A DNA stretch of 64,000 nucleotides from the human T2T-CHM13v2.0 reference genome, Homo sapiens, in the NCBI RefSeq assembly GCF_009914755.1, contig NC_060941.1, one strand, 5' to 3'. Shown here piece by piece: positions 13,743 through 28,372 of the stretch (the stretch's first letter is position 1; each line of letters opens with the position of its first letter). The translations under genes were made by a program, and so were the position numbers. A model generated the notes under the pieces. The model saw nothing but the letters and a program-made list of their open reading frames with translations. It was not told the origin of the DNA and did no database searches.

Positions 13743-14035
13743 TAACTTATTCTTTGGCTTGGGGAGCAGGCTGCCACAGCTCAAGCTGGGCCTTGGCCAA
13801 GGGCAACATTGCCAGGTTCCCAAGGGTAGCAACAACAGGAAGCTGAAACTGCCAGATTACCCGCCCCTACCAGCATCCTCCCCTGGAAGGCAACTTCCTG
13901 CCAGCTTCCTGGTCACTCAGCCTGAGCACCCCTCCCAAGAGGCCAGTTAGGTGCCTCTTCCTTGATTTCCCTAACTCTTACTCGTCTCAAGACCTGGAAG
14001 TTTCTCCTAACTGTACCTCACTCTATTCTTTCTAA

Positions 14036-14948
<913 letters not shown>

Positions 14949-14982
14949 CACTTTCTTCCTACTAGTCAAGAAGTCCATATCC

Positions 14983-16480
<1,498 letters not shown>

Positions 16481-18300
16481 CCCCCCTTATCCCCATCCCC
16501 CAACCCCATCCAAATGAAAAGGATTCCCCTTTAAAATTTTCAAAAGTAGAGAGAAAAAAGGTTTTATGTTACAAACTGAAGGAGGGAAGTTAGATAATAA
16601 GAAAGGATGGAAAAGATGACCATGAGATGTATTAGCATCCTCCTTCTGAAACTGGGCTGGGTGAGATGCCTCTGGTCTTAGACACAGGTCCAAGGAGCAA
16701 GGCAGACAGGTGGGGGCAGGGGTGGGGGCAGTTGCTCTGCTCTCTCAGGAGTCCACACACAAGAGGGAGCTGGATCTCAGCTTGATCATCTCAAATCCCA
16801 AGGTATCATTGTGCCAGGCATTATCTGTCACCCCCGCCAACCTTCTCTGCTTCCCTGACTCCAGCATCCTCAGTTCTCAGCAAGATCTCCTCTTCCCACC
16901 CCTAAAATAGCGTTGAAGCTAACAGTGCATTGACTTCTGTTCTGAAGACCAGGTTCTCAGTAACTGGAAGGCACAGAGCAACCCATCTCTGGGGCTCTTC
17001 TTGCCCCTCAGTCCCAAGACTTTCCACAAGGATGGAACTGGAGCTTTTGTCTTCTCAGCTCAGAGTCTGGGCTTCCTGAAGGAAATTCCACAAGAAAAAC
17101 AAAGTGCAGTGCAGATTCTGGTCTCTAAAAGCCTTCTCTAAGGGTGGGGACTGGGAGACAGGTTTAGGTCTTATGGAGGAGCAAGTCTGCATTTAGTGTT
17201 CTCTGGGAGTCTCCCTTCTGTCCTCAAGGCTATTTCTGGTCTTCAGGGGGGTAGGGTACTTATCTCCCACACACTGGGGATGTCCCAGTGGAGAGATTGA
17301 TTTTGAGATCCAAAGTGAGCCTGAAGCCATGTTTTGGAATGAAAATTCCCAGTGGATTTATCACCCCTCTCCAAGGGTTGGCAGCTGTGAGGCCTGGCTC
17401 AGGGCTTCTATCCCCTTCTATCTCTTCAGTAACCAGTTCTACCAAATCTGCACGCAGGCTGAAAAAATCAGCACTGATAGTGGGAAGATAGAGAAGAGAA
17501 ATTCCTCCAGCTCCAGGCCTCCAAGCTGTCAGGCACCAGGACCCCCGTCCCCCAGCTCCTGAGAGCAAGGAGCTGCACAACCCGGTGGCTTGCAAGGTGT
17601 CAGCCGCTTCTCAAAGCGCCCCAAATATAAAATCTCAATAGCAGTTCCTTTTCCCCAGTACCGCAGTCCCCATGCCCCACCTAGATAGAAATTCTGGAAC
17701 TTGCAGCATTTTGCAATCCCAAACTGCACTGCCCAGAACCGGGTTTCCCAACCTGTAGAGGCCGCATCCGCGTCTCCTGGGCGGGCAGTGCCGGTAATCC
17801 CCAACAAGCCCCAGCCTGCTTGGAATTAACGGGTCTGACTGTGCCGAGAAACGACCTCTGTTTCAGGGCCCCTCCCCATACAGGCACCTGCCCTCCAGGG
17901 CTGCGCGACCCGCCCCCCATCCCGGGCGCTGGAATCCAGCCAAACCTCTGCGTTCCCGGAACCACCAGTTCCCTCCCTCCTGGAACCCCGCGGCTTCAGT
18001 TCGGGACCCCCAACCTCACAGTAGAGCGGCGGGGAGGCCCGCCTAGGGAGGGGGAGGAGAAGCAAATAAACACAGGAAAACCCACAGCGGGAGGGGGAGC
18101 CCCTGGTGGGTGCCCGAGGGTGCGCAGCAAGGAAAGCGTGAGCACGAGATCTCTCTTGGAAGGGGCCTCAGGTGCGGCCCGGGGGCCAGCGCCCTGCGCC
18201 GCGCGGTGGACTCAGGCCCAGCTCTTCCCCGTGCACTCCCCAGCCCTGCACCCACCCCGAGCACCCTCCACAGCTCCCACCTTCCTCGCCGCCCCCTCAC

Positions 18301-18349
18301 CTGAAACCACCAGCGCCTCGTTGGGCCCCACCGTGTGGCAATTGCCCAT
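18301..18349 (-). CDS. FLOT2: flotillin-2 exon 1, coding part (MGNCHTVGPNEALVVSG)
   Basis: Kozak gcgccATGG, G2 myristoylation motif, gtgag donor, 49 nt. Confidence 0.97.
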
Positions 18350-18572
18350 GGCGCCGGCGGCACGGAGGGCCCTCGGGACCGCACAGACCCGGACAACAGC
18401 AGCGGGTCTGCAGCGCCGGCCGCGCCCAGCCTATCCCGCCACCCCCAGCGGCCGGCCGCCCGCTCGCTCGCCCGCGCCCCTCTGCGGTCGCAGCCCCGCC
18501 GGAAGTGTGGCGGCGGAGGGCGGGGCCGGCGCGTTGAGGCAGGAGTGAGCGCAGCCTCGGCGGTCAACGCGC

Positions 18573-18578
18573 TTTATT
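18573..18578 (-). terminator. DHRS13: DHRS13 poly(A) signal AATAAA
   Basis: only canonical minus-strand AATAAA that I found between the DHRS13 stop and FLOT2 exon 1. Confidence 0.8.
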
Positions 18579-18699
18579 CCGAGGGGCTTCAGATACAGAT
18601 GACCCCAGCCCTGCATCCGCCCGGAAGGCGTCCCCTTACTCCCATGGGGCACCTCGATACCAGCTGCCCTGCCCTGACTCACTTCTCAGCACCCATCTT

Positions 18700-18870
18700 A
18701 CGGCAGTCGGCCCTGGCCTCAGACCCTTGGGTTCAGATCCCAGGCCCTCCTCCTACTCACTGTGAGACCCTAGGCGAGTCCCTTAGCTCGGGAGCCTAAT
18801 TCCGCTTCATTAACATGGGGGTAATTTAACTACCTAGCTAGACGGTTGCAAAGGGATCAGTTCACTAATT
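18700..18870 (+). mobile_element. MIR fragment within the DHRS13 3'UTR
   Basis: gggttcagatcccaggc...tactcactgtgagacc resembles the MIR core. Confidence 0.55.
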
Positions 18871-19215
18871 CTCAATGTTGGCAGTGCATCACATTGCAAA
18901 CTCCCTGCCTCTGCTCCAGAGCTGATCAGAATCAATAAGGGTGGGGCCTGAAAATACTACATCCAAATTTCCGAGAAGCACAGTGTCTAGCATACCCCTA
19001 TCTCTCCATCTGGGGTTACTGTCACTCTCAGGAAGAAATAATCACCCATTATTCCTTCAACCAGGAAAAGAGATGTCCAGGGCACAGCTTGGGGCCCCAG
19101 AAAGTAACCACGGAGGTCAAGATCACAAACCCGTCAGTGTCCAGGGCATGGCCTCACACACATCCGAGGTTTTCAAGGACCATGAAGTGCCATGGCAAGC
19201 ATCCTGGCCTGAGGG

Positions 19216-19667
19216 TTAGGAGAGCTGGATCTCAGGCTCAACTTTAGCCTGAATTCGGTGCGTCATCTTAGACAAATCTGGTGAGCTCTGAGGGCTGGGG
19301 TAAGGTTGAGAAACTGTGGGCTCCTCAGGGTGGGGGGTGCTTAGAGAAGATGGGGCCTCTGAGTCCTCAGACTGGGGGTCTTCATCGGGTTCAGCATCCT
19401 CCCCAGGCCCAAGCCCTGCCAGCCTCTTGCTGGCCTCCCATAGCCGATGGGCTGCCCGGTCGTCTCGGGCAGCTGGAGGCACCTCTTCCACATGGCAGTT
19501 GGCAAAATATCTCCCACTGAGGGGCTCGATGCCCTCTTGTAGAGCACAATACAGGGGTGTCTGGGCACCCCCTCTTGGTGCCCGGAGCACCAGCCAAGCC
19601 AATGGGCGCAAAAGTGGGCGCAGCCATCCAGGAACATGGCGCAGGAACAGCTCCGAGTTCACAGGCC
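19216..19667 (-). CDS. DHRS13: DHRS13 exon 5, coding part ([14 protein letters not shown]...EPEIQLS*)
   Basis: ctacag acceptor, TAA at 19218-19216; total CDS 1134 nt = 377 aa. Confidence 0.96.
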
Positions 19668-19695
19668 CTGTAGGCAGGAAGAAAGAAAGGAGTTG

Positions 19696-19840
19696 GGCTA
19701 GGCACAGTGGTGTGTATTTACAGTCACAGCTACTCGGGAGGCGGAGCAGGAGGATCACTTGAGCCCAGGAGTTTGAGACCAGACTGGGCAACATAGTCAA
19801 GCTCTGTCTCTTTAAAAAAAAAAACAACAACAAAAAAAAT
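19696..19840 (+). mobile_element. FLAM/Alu monomer just upstream of the DHRS13 last exon
   Basis: single-arm Alu sequence with A tail. Confidence 0.8.
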
Positions 19841-20485
19841 AGAACAGAGCTAGAAGAACAGGGACAGAATCTGGTTTCAAGGGAACCAGGATAGTATTTA
19901 CCAGGCATTCGGGGCTTCTGCGAGGTGACTTCACTCATTTCCTGCATGAAGCCTCTTCGCTTCCATCCAGACTGCTTGTTCACCCCACATCCCAGATTTT
20001 GTTCATGCTGTGTCCCATGTCTGAAACAATTCTCAGTCTCTCTCCATCTTTTCTTCTAGCTCAAGTCCTGTTCCTTGTTTAACCAGCATTTATTAAGTAC
20101 TTGCAGTATACCAGCCACTATTTTGGACATTAGTGATATGGAGTGTAATAAAGACTTAATAAAGGCTAATTGTGATCATCGCTATTATAATTACTAATGA
20201 GCCTTAGGCAGTGACTATCTAAAATGCAGTATGGTAATATGAATATGACAGATCTTGTTATCCTGGTATAACCTCTTCCATAAGACAAAGTGTTGCTCTG
20301 GATCCCCAATTATCTCACTCAGAGTAAAAGCCAGAATGCCTATAGTGAACCTCCCTCCAAACCCTACAGGACACAGTGCCTCTCTATGACCTCACCTCTT
20401 GCCACTCTCCCCCCTCACTCTGTTCCAGCCACATTAGCCTTTCTCAAGCACACCAGGAACTTCTGCCTTAGGGCCTCTGCACTTA

Positions 20486-21155
<670 letters not shown>

Positions 21156-21764
21156 TGAGCCATGTATCTTTCAGACCTCTGTTCAAATGTCACCTTTATA
21201 GATATGTCTTCCTTGACTGCCACACCATATTCCCGTTCCATTTGCCCCTTGCTGTTTCCTTTTTCCTCAGAGCACTCTATCACCACCCCTCATCGTATAT
21301 ATTTATTGGCTGTCTCCCTCTCCTCCAAACTAGAATGCAAACTCTATGAGGGCAGGGTCTTTGTTTTGTTCACTGCTATATCCCCAGCACTGCAAGTAAT
21401 GCCTGATACAGAGTAGGTACTCGGTAAATGCTTCTTGGATGAATTATTAGCTATCATCATCATCATTATCAGTTCAGTCAGTGCAGATGGCTCCTGGGGG
21501 TGGGAATCCAGGTCTTATTCATGGCCATATACCCCCCAGGGCTGAGGACCCAGGCTTGTGGTGTGAGAGGAAGAACCTAAACCAGGAGAACCTGGTTCCA
21601 AGAGCAGCAAGGAACAGGTCTCTCCTTGGACTATGCTTCCTTGCTGCCCTGAGATTCTGTGACTCAATGAGGGATGGAGGGTGGGGAGGCGGTAGTGGTG
21701 TGGGGGGCACAGGATGGGGCAAGGAAAGGAGAGGGGAATCGGAAGCCAAAGAACCAGACCTCAC

Positions 21765-22076
21765 CTGGGTGGGCTGCATAGCAGGTGACGCCAGTGGCCT
21801 CAAGCTGGTTGGCGAGCTCCCGGGCAAACAGTACATTAGCCAGCTTAGTGTCAGCATATGCCCGCAGCTCCTGCCGCCAGCCCACCACTGGGCGGTCCAG
21901 GCGTTTGAAGTCAAGACGTCCCCGACAGTGGGCAGCTGAGGCTACCACCACCACACGGCTAGGGGCACATGCCTTCAGGCAAGGCAGCAGCAGATGTGTC
22001 AGCAGAAAGGGACCGATATGGTTCACCCGAAGCAGCAGGTTAAACGCCTCACGGGTCCGGCCACAGGAACTGATAC
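21765..22076 (-). CDS. DHRS13: DHRS13 exon 4, with SDR catalytic YADTK (YxxxK)
   Basis: cag/gtgag boundaries, 312 nt. Confidence 0.96.
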
Positions 22077-22267
22077 CTGGGGCAGAGGCTAAATGTGAGC
22101 GGCTGCTCCAGAAGGAGCTCTGCAGCCTTGGCATCCCTATCTATGAGATGGGAGAAGGGGGCATCCTTCCCATGTGTCCACTGGCCCCAGCAGGGCCCCC
22201 GCTGGAGGGGGCAGTTGCCCCTGGCCACCCGCCACCCCACCCCCACGCAGGGCCTGCTGCCCCTCAC

Positions 22268-22391
22268 CGGCATTGTGGATGAGGATGTCCAACCGTGGCT
22301 CAGAGCTCAGAAAGGCAGTGGCAAAGGCCCGCACCGAGGCCAGACTGGCCAAGTCCAAGGCCATGAAGATGACCTCATTGTTCCCACTCTC
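22268..22391 (-). CDS. DHRS13: DHRS13 exon 3 ([17 protein letters not shown]...LIHNAG)
   Basis: cag/gtgag boundaries, 124 nt, NAG motif. Confidence 0.96.
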
Positions 22392-22529
22392 CTGTGGAGA
22401 GGCAAGGGCTGGGCTTGTCACCAGGCATCTCTCTCCTCTTCCCTCTCCCCAGGCACCAAATTCTGAGAGTCCATCTCCTACTGTTTACTAAAATCTGCCC
22501 CTGTGTCTTAGAGTGTACTAGATAAGTGT

Positions 22530-22730
22530 GTGGATTCAAATCCTGACTTTGCCTTTTACTAAAGTGTGACCTTGGGCAAGATACTTAATCTCTCTGGGTC
22601 TCAGTTCTCTCACTGCGTAAAGGGAATAATAATAACAACAGTCCCAATCTCACTGAGCTTTTGTGAGGATGAAAGGAGTTAACGTGTAAAATACACTCTA
22701 GCAGCACTGGGTAGGTACTTGCTATTATTA
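22530..22730 (+). mobile_element. MIR
   Basis: gattcaaatcctgact...gtgtgaccttgggcaag...ctcagtt core. Confidence 0.7.
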
Positions 22731-23357
22731 TTATCACCTCCTTTCCCCATTACCATTTACCCTAAAATCTGTAACTTCTCACTGGTCTCCTCTCTCCCGC
22801 TCTTGCCCCCCCACTCCAGGCACCACGCAGCCACAAAGGAGTTCCTTCCAAAGGCTATTCTGACAGTCCGGAGCCTACTGAGGGCTGTTCATGGTCTCCA
22901 CTGGTCTCTGCTGCCCAATCTATAAAATCCAAGCTTCTCAATAGGCTCTAGAATGTTCTCCAGCCCCCTCATTTGCCCATCTTCCTCATACTTTGTGCTC
23001 CAGCCTCATTAAATCTTTTTCTCAGTTTTTCAGATCAGTCCAGCTCTCTTTGCCTCAGAGCCTTTGCTTATGCTGTGCCCTCTGCTGTTCCCTTTCCTAC
23101 TGATCATTAACCCAACTTCTACTGATGCTTAAACGTCTCAGAACTGCAATTACGGCCTTCAGGAAGCCCCTCCCCCACTCGGCTCTGGTGCGCCTTCCTC
23201 GGGTGACCCCAGCGCTCCGTGCACTCCCTCTTCGCGCTCAGCCGCCCGCGCCGCGCTCTCCTCCCTGGACCCGGATCCTCCGCAGCCCCTTTGCTGGCTT
23301 CTCTGTGTCCCGGCGGGTTCTCGGCTCACCGTCCCACGCGCCCCCGCTGCCTCTCAC

Positions 23358-23476
23358 CTGGCGGAGGTCGAAGGCAGCCGCCTCCCCGCGCTCCTGGCTG
23401 CGGCAGGCCAGCACCACGCGCGCTCCCCGGCGCGCCAGCTCCAGCGCCGTCATCTTTCCGATGCCGCTGTTGGCGC
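23358..23476 (-). CDS. DHRS13: DHRS13 exon 2 ([18 protein letters not shown]...DLRQ)
   Basis: cag/gtgag boundaries, 119 nt; completes the TGxxxGxG Rossmann motif. Confidence 0.96.
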
Positions 23477-23592
23477 CTGCGGACCGCGGGCGGGAGCCGA
23501 GCTGAGCTGAGCCCGGCGGGCCGCTGCTACCGCCGGCCCGGCCTCCTCTCCGCGCGCCCCGCCAGCTCGCACTCACCCGCCTCCGCACTCAC

Positions 23593-23719
23593 CCGTGACC
23601 ACGGCCGTGCGGCCCCGCAGGTTGCCCATGCCGCCGCACGGCGGGGCCTTCACCAGGTTGTAGTAGACAAGCACGTAAGCGCCCAGCAGCAACCCCGCGC
23701 CCAGCAGCAGCGCCTCCAT
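23593..23719 (-). CDS. DHRS13: DHRS13 exon 1, coding part ([20 protein letters not shown]...AVVTG)
   Basis: ggcATGG start, hydrophobic N-terminal segment, gtgagt donor, 127 nt. Confidence 0.96.
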
Positions 23720-24430
23720 GCCGGCCGCGCCTCCCGGCTCCCGCCCAGGCCCCGCACCGCCCTGGATCGCCGCCAGGCGGCTGCCGATCCGCCCTGCACA
23801 GGCCTGGAACGGCGCCCGGGCGCGTCAGCCTCCGAAGGCGGAGGCGGGCAGGAGGCTGGGCAGGGGCGTGTGCGCGTGCGGGTGCGCGCCGGCCCTGCGA
23901 GCGCCCCCTAGGCGTGCGTCGGCGTCCTGGGGGCGTGTGCCTCTGTGGACACCTTTGAGGTGAGTGTGTGCGCTTGGGCCCTGGGAGCGCCCCCTAGGTG
24001 TGTGCCTGTGTGAACTCCTGGGTGTGTGTGTCCACGTACACCCTGTGAGTGCACGCTAGGTATGTGCATGCATCTGCAACGCTTGTATGTGAATGATCTC
24101 TAGGTGTGTATGTGCCCATGTCCCTGAGGATCACCCTTTGGGTTGTGTGCGTGCCTCTGGATCCTGTGTGTGAGCTCCTGTAAGCACCTTGTAGGTGTTT
24201 GTGTGCATTCTGGCAGAGTCCCTCCAGGTATGTGCCTGCATCTGTAGTCTCTGCCAGTGCATGTGCTTGCATATCTCCATATGTTTACTCGAGGTGTATG
24301 TAGCACAGTCCCTCCCTTCTGAAGTTAGGTGTGTACATGAATACACGTGTGTCTTTGAGTCTAGTCCTAGATGCTTTTCCCTCTAAGAACAAATCCTTCT
24401 CCTTCCTTCCCTTCTGCACAAATCCTTCTC

Positions 24431-24563
24431 CTTTCTTTCCTTTCCTTTCCTTCCTTCCTTCCTTCCTTCCTTCCTTCCTTCCTTCCCTTCCTTCCTTCCT
24501 CCCTTCCTTCCTTCCTTCCTTCCCTCCCTCCCTTCCTTCCTTCTTTCCTTTCTTTCTTTCTTT
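24431..24563. repeat. (CCTT)n/(CTTT)n polypyrimidine microsatellite, expanded tail of a minus-strand Alu (24564-24847)
   Basis: directly visible. Confidence 0.92.
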
Positions 24564-24566
24564 TGA

Positions 24567-24695
<129 letters not shown>

Positions 24696-26050
24696 TGACA
24701 CCACACCCGGCTAATTTTTGTATTTTAGTAGAGAAGGGTTTTCACTATGTTGGCCAGGTTGGTCTCAAACTTCTGACCTTAAGTGACCCACCTGCCTCAG
24801 CCTCTCAAAGTGCTGGGATTACAGGTGTGAGCCTCTGCACTGGGCCAAATCCTTCGTTTTCTTATCTTCACATCCAGCCCCCAGCTTCTAGGATTCTTCC
24901 GTGTTCTCCCCACACAGGCTAGAGAGGACACTGTTAAAGGTGGCACAGGCAGTTAAGGGGTGTCAGAATTCACTCCTTCATTCCCCCTCTGTATCTCCCT
25001 ACCTCAACCCCACTAGTGCCTTCCATGGCTGAAGGGAAGCAGGAAGAGATAGAGAGTAAAATCTGTTATTGCCTTTCAGGAGGAAATTTGCCTTTGGAAT
25101 GGTTCTCATAGGTGATAAGAGACAGGCAGAGAAGCTCCATCACTCAATTACAAGTGACCATGATGGCAGGAAGGGTGGGGCTGGCTAGGAACAAATGGGT
25201 AAGACCATTCCAGGGCAGAAGGCCGTTGCCTGATACATTCAGTACAATTTAGAACCTGGTATTTGGCACTTATGGTGTGCCCAGCAGTGTAGTTAGACTT
25301 GGAAATTCCGAGTGGAAGATATACAAGTTTCTGTCCTTAGGGAGTTCAAAAAGCCCATTAGGGCACCGGGAGCAGAGTGATGACGCCTGCATGGGCAGAT
25401 GAAAGTCAGGGACAGACCTCAGATTCCAGGGCCAGTTTCCTATTTAGCTGCACTGCGGATTCGGGTTTCCATTGTAGATGCTGTGGGATGAGGCTGGGGG
25501 TAGAATATTCATTTTCTATCCCTAAGGCAAAATCCTGACACACAAGCAGATGCACCTACACAAACAGTGCTGGAATATACACAGAGGTGCTCTCCATCTG
25601 AGGAGGCTGACCTCAGGAAAACTTCCTGGAGAGTTTTTCACTAAGATCTGGGAGGAAAGCATGGAATTTGGTTTAATGAAGGTCCCCGGGACTTGAGAAT
25701 TAAGGTAATGCAGCAGACTCGTTTTTTGATGAGGAATAGCAGTTGTAGAGAAGTGTGACTGCAGATCACATGACTAGAAGTGACAGGTCAAGACTAGATT
25801 CCACTATCAGTCAGGGTTCTCTGGAGAAACAGCTCCCCCCGGGCCAGCAGACGCACCCATGTCATTCCATTGTCATCCACCCACCCTGGCTCACTTTTCT
25901 CCAACACCTCCCCTACCAAACTTCCCTATGGGAATGAGACCTGTTCAAAAGGCCCCCCACCTGCTAGACCCAGATCTAGGGGAGGGTCTCCTCTAAGGGT
26001 GATGACAGGTAGGACAGACAGTCAGAAAACAATTTGAAGTATTTTTGTTT

Positions 26051-26056
26051 TTTATA
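26051..26056 (-). terminator. PHF12: probable PHF12 distal poly(A) signal, variant TATAAA
   Basis: at the end of the AU-rich 3'UTR, preceded by TGTA elements; no canonical AATAAA nearby on the minus strand. Confidence 0.55.
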
Positions 26057-26965
26057 TACAGAATACAGGAAAGTTTCTGTAAAGTCTAAAACATTACAAT
26101 TACTATGTACATTGGTACTGGTTGTGGGGGTGGGAGGAGAGGAGGGAACCAGGGGCAGGAGGAAGAGGAGAGAAGTGGCAAGAGAACAAAAAAAGGAGAC
26201 AAAACAGGTTTACGACAAAAACATTTTTGCTACAATAGACAATTTGAGAAAACGCTCTACCACATGTAGTACTGTACACGGTTTTTAAAAACATTGAAAA
26301 AATGTCATCACTAGATGTATTTACACAAAATCCAAATACACTTTTCCTTATTTGAAATAAAATAGATGGACAGCCAGAAAAAGAATTCATTTCTCATTTG
26401 TCCATAATACACAGTAGCTACCTGTAGTGCAACCGCTGCAGAAAGGGAAAATAACGTGGAGGGTGGGAACCATGGAAGGAAGGTGGGTAGCGATCTTTAT
26501 ATTAAATAAAACAATGATATTGTATAGATTTTGCTGTATGAAAACTGTATTTTTTCTTTTAATATAAAACTATTGTCACTGCCACAAAATAGAACAAGTT
26601 TCTGATTATTTTACAATGGTGGGCGAGGGGGAGGGAGCAGGAGGTGGGTGGGGAAGGGTTTTGTGTTGGAGGAAGTGTCCAGACCCTGGGTCTTTCCCTC
26701 CCTGCCCACGCTGTTCCTCAGCTCAGGTCTGCCGCTTTCCCATGAAATGTTGAGTACAAATATATGTGCAAATGCCCCCTAGAACTTGAGAAAAGAAAAA
26801 GGATTTTTAAAAAACAGTCAAAAGGTTTTCTTCATTTCATGCAAAGATTGTAGTTGAAGGGTTTCTGGTAGAGTATAGAAAACACCCGGGCTTGGTTTGT
26901 GTACATTTTTGCATTGCAGGAGTCTTGGGTGGGTGTACAGGCCAGTGGCGGGGTAGCCGCCAGTC

Positions 26966-27300
26966 CTAAGGAACAGAGTTGGAGCGCAGCACAGGGCCCT
27001 GGTGGGGCTTGAGAGAGAGCTTCTCGGCCAAGACCCCATCCTGCAGCAGGCTGGCATCGCCTTTGGGCTGTTTGGTCGCAAACTCAGTGATGCTGAAGAC
27101 AAACTGCAGGCAGCCCAGCTTGATGTAGCTGCCATGGTGCAGTAAGGCTGTGCCCTCCCAGCCGGCCCCACTGCCCCCAATCAAGCTCGAGCTGCTGGCT
27201 TTGCAATTGCAGGGTCTCCGCTGCGGCCCCTGGGCCTGGGAACTCATCATGGCTGCCTCCTCACTTGGCTCTTCGTCCTGTTTCTGGTGCCGGCGGCGCC
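26966..27300 (-). CDS. PHF12: PHF12 exon 15, coding part ([11 protein letters not shown]...VLRSNSVP*)
   Basis: ttcccag acceptor, TAG at 26968-26966, 335 nt. Confidence 0.95.
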
Positions 27301-27638
27301 CTGGGAAAAAGGGGGATGGTCACAGAAGAGGAACAGTGAGCAGCCAACCCATGTGGGCTGTTTGCCAAGGTTGGGCTCCTGCATCTCCCCATTCCAACTG
27401 CTGCATGACTAGGGAGGAAGGATGCTCAGAAAGGGTTGGTGGAGTCTGAAGTCCCCACAGGTGTGTACACACATGGGGGTACTCAGCACTTGCTTCTCTG
27501 TGGCCTGCCCTGGGCCCACGAGGAAGTAGAGCTTGGCCAATAGGACTGGGAAGGCAAGAGACAGACCATGGGCAGCAAGTCAGAACCACCCTGACTGGGG
27601 CCTCAGCTTTGTGGCCACAGATCTCTGCTCCAACTTAC

Positions 27639-27777
27639 TGATGACACTCTGCACTTTGGCAACAATACTGCTTGGGGGGGTTGGCGGGGTCTTCTCCGAG
27701 AAGTCACATGAATACAGCACATTGTCCACCGTTGTCCCATGCTCACTGTAGTTTAACAGCTCATAATGTTTGGTATT
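27639..27777 (-). CDS. PHF12: PHF12 exon 14 ([19 protein letters not shown]...QSVI), FHA domain
   Basis: cag/gtaag boundaries, 139 nt. Confidence 0.95.
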
Positions 27778-28372
27778 CTGAGGAGGAGGAGGGGAGATAA
27801 GATGTGTGGTCTGCTGTGTGGGGCCTGGGGCTAAGGGGAGAGAGGACATATGGAGAAGGCCGTGCTACTCTACCTAGAGAGTCCTTACTTGCCTCCCCAG
27901 TCATGGCCCCTGTCCTTTCAGAAGGGGGCTGGAGACACCTCCTCAGGGAAGCTTTCCTTCTGGTGTCCCACACTCCCTACTCTCCCACTCCTTCACTCTG
28001 CCCTCTCAGCACCGCTCCTCTTGGTATGATACTCACTGGCCCGTGATGATAATGAAATTCACAGGGACACACCCACAAGGCTTGGCTTCCTTCTATGCTG
28101 GTCCCCTCCCTTGCTTTAGGGTAGGCTCCCTCTGTTGTGCCTGTGACTAACCTCAGGAAAAATGGTAGCCCTGCTCCTGGGAAGCAGGTAGCTTCCCAGG
28201 TAGGATGCTATTTCACATCAAGACTCTCCTCCTCCAGGAATGACAGGGAGGGAAGAAAAAGAGAGGACCCCCAATCCCTCTTCCCTCCCCTCAGGGCACT
28301 GAACAAAAACCTACTGCCTGGGAGAGGCCTCAGGTTGGGAAAGCTCCCTCCCACCGCATCTCCGGCCCTCAC

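Larger units (their letters stand above)
17880..18640. promoter_or_regulatory. FLOT2: FLOT2 CpG-island promoter with ETS site CCGGAAGT (18499-18506) and GC box GGGCGGGG (18518-18525)
   Basis: high GC and CpG density around exon 1; motifs read directly. Confidence 0.85.
23140..24000. promoter_or_regulatory. DHRS13: DHRS13 CpG-island promoter
   Basis: CpG-rich block spanning exons 1-2 and upstream sequence. Confidence 0.85.

Noticed and set aside
17820-18799. Long overlapping ORFs (up to 242 aa) at the FLOT2 promoter
   Set aside because: Stop-codon scarcity in a CpG island; low-complexity Pro/Ala/Arg/Gly translations
19668-19983. Upstream extension of the DHRS13 exon 5 frame through an antisense FLAM (255-aa ORF)
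   Set aside because: The AGs after the FLAM poly-T would add 134-142 nt, none a multiple of 3; the open frame looks fortuitous
23219-23911. 230-aa + strand ORF
   Set aside because: Antisense shadow of GC-rich DHRS13 exons 1-2
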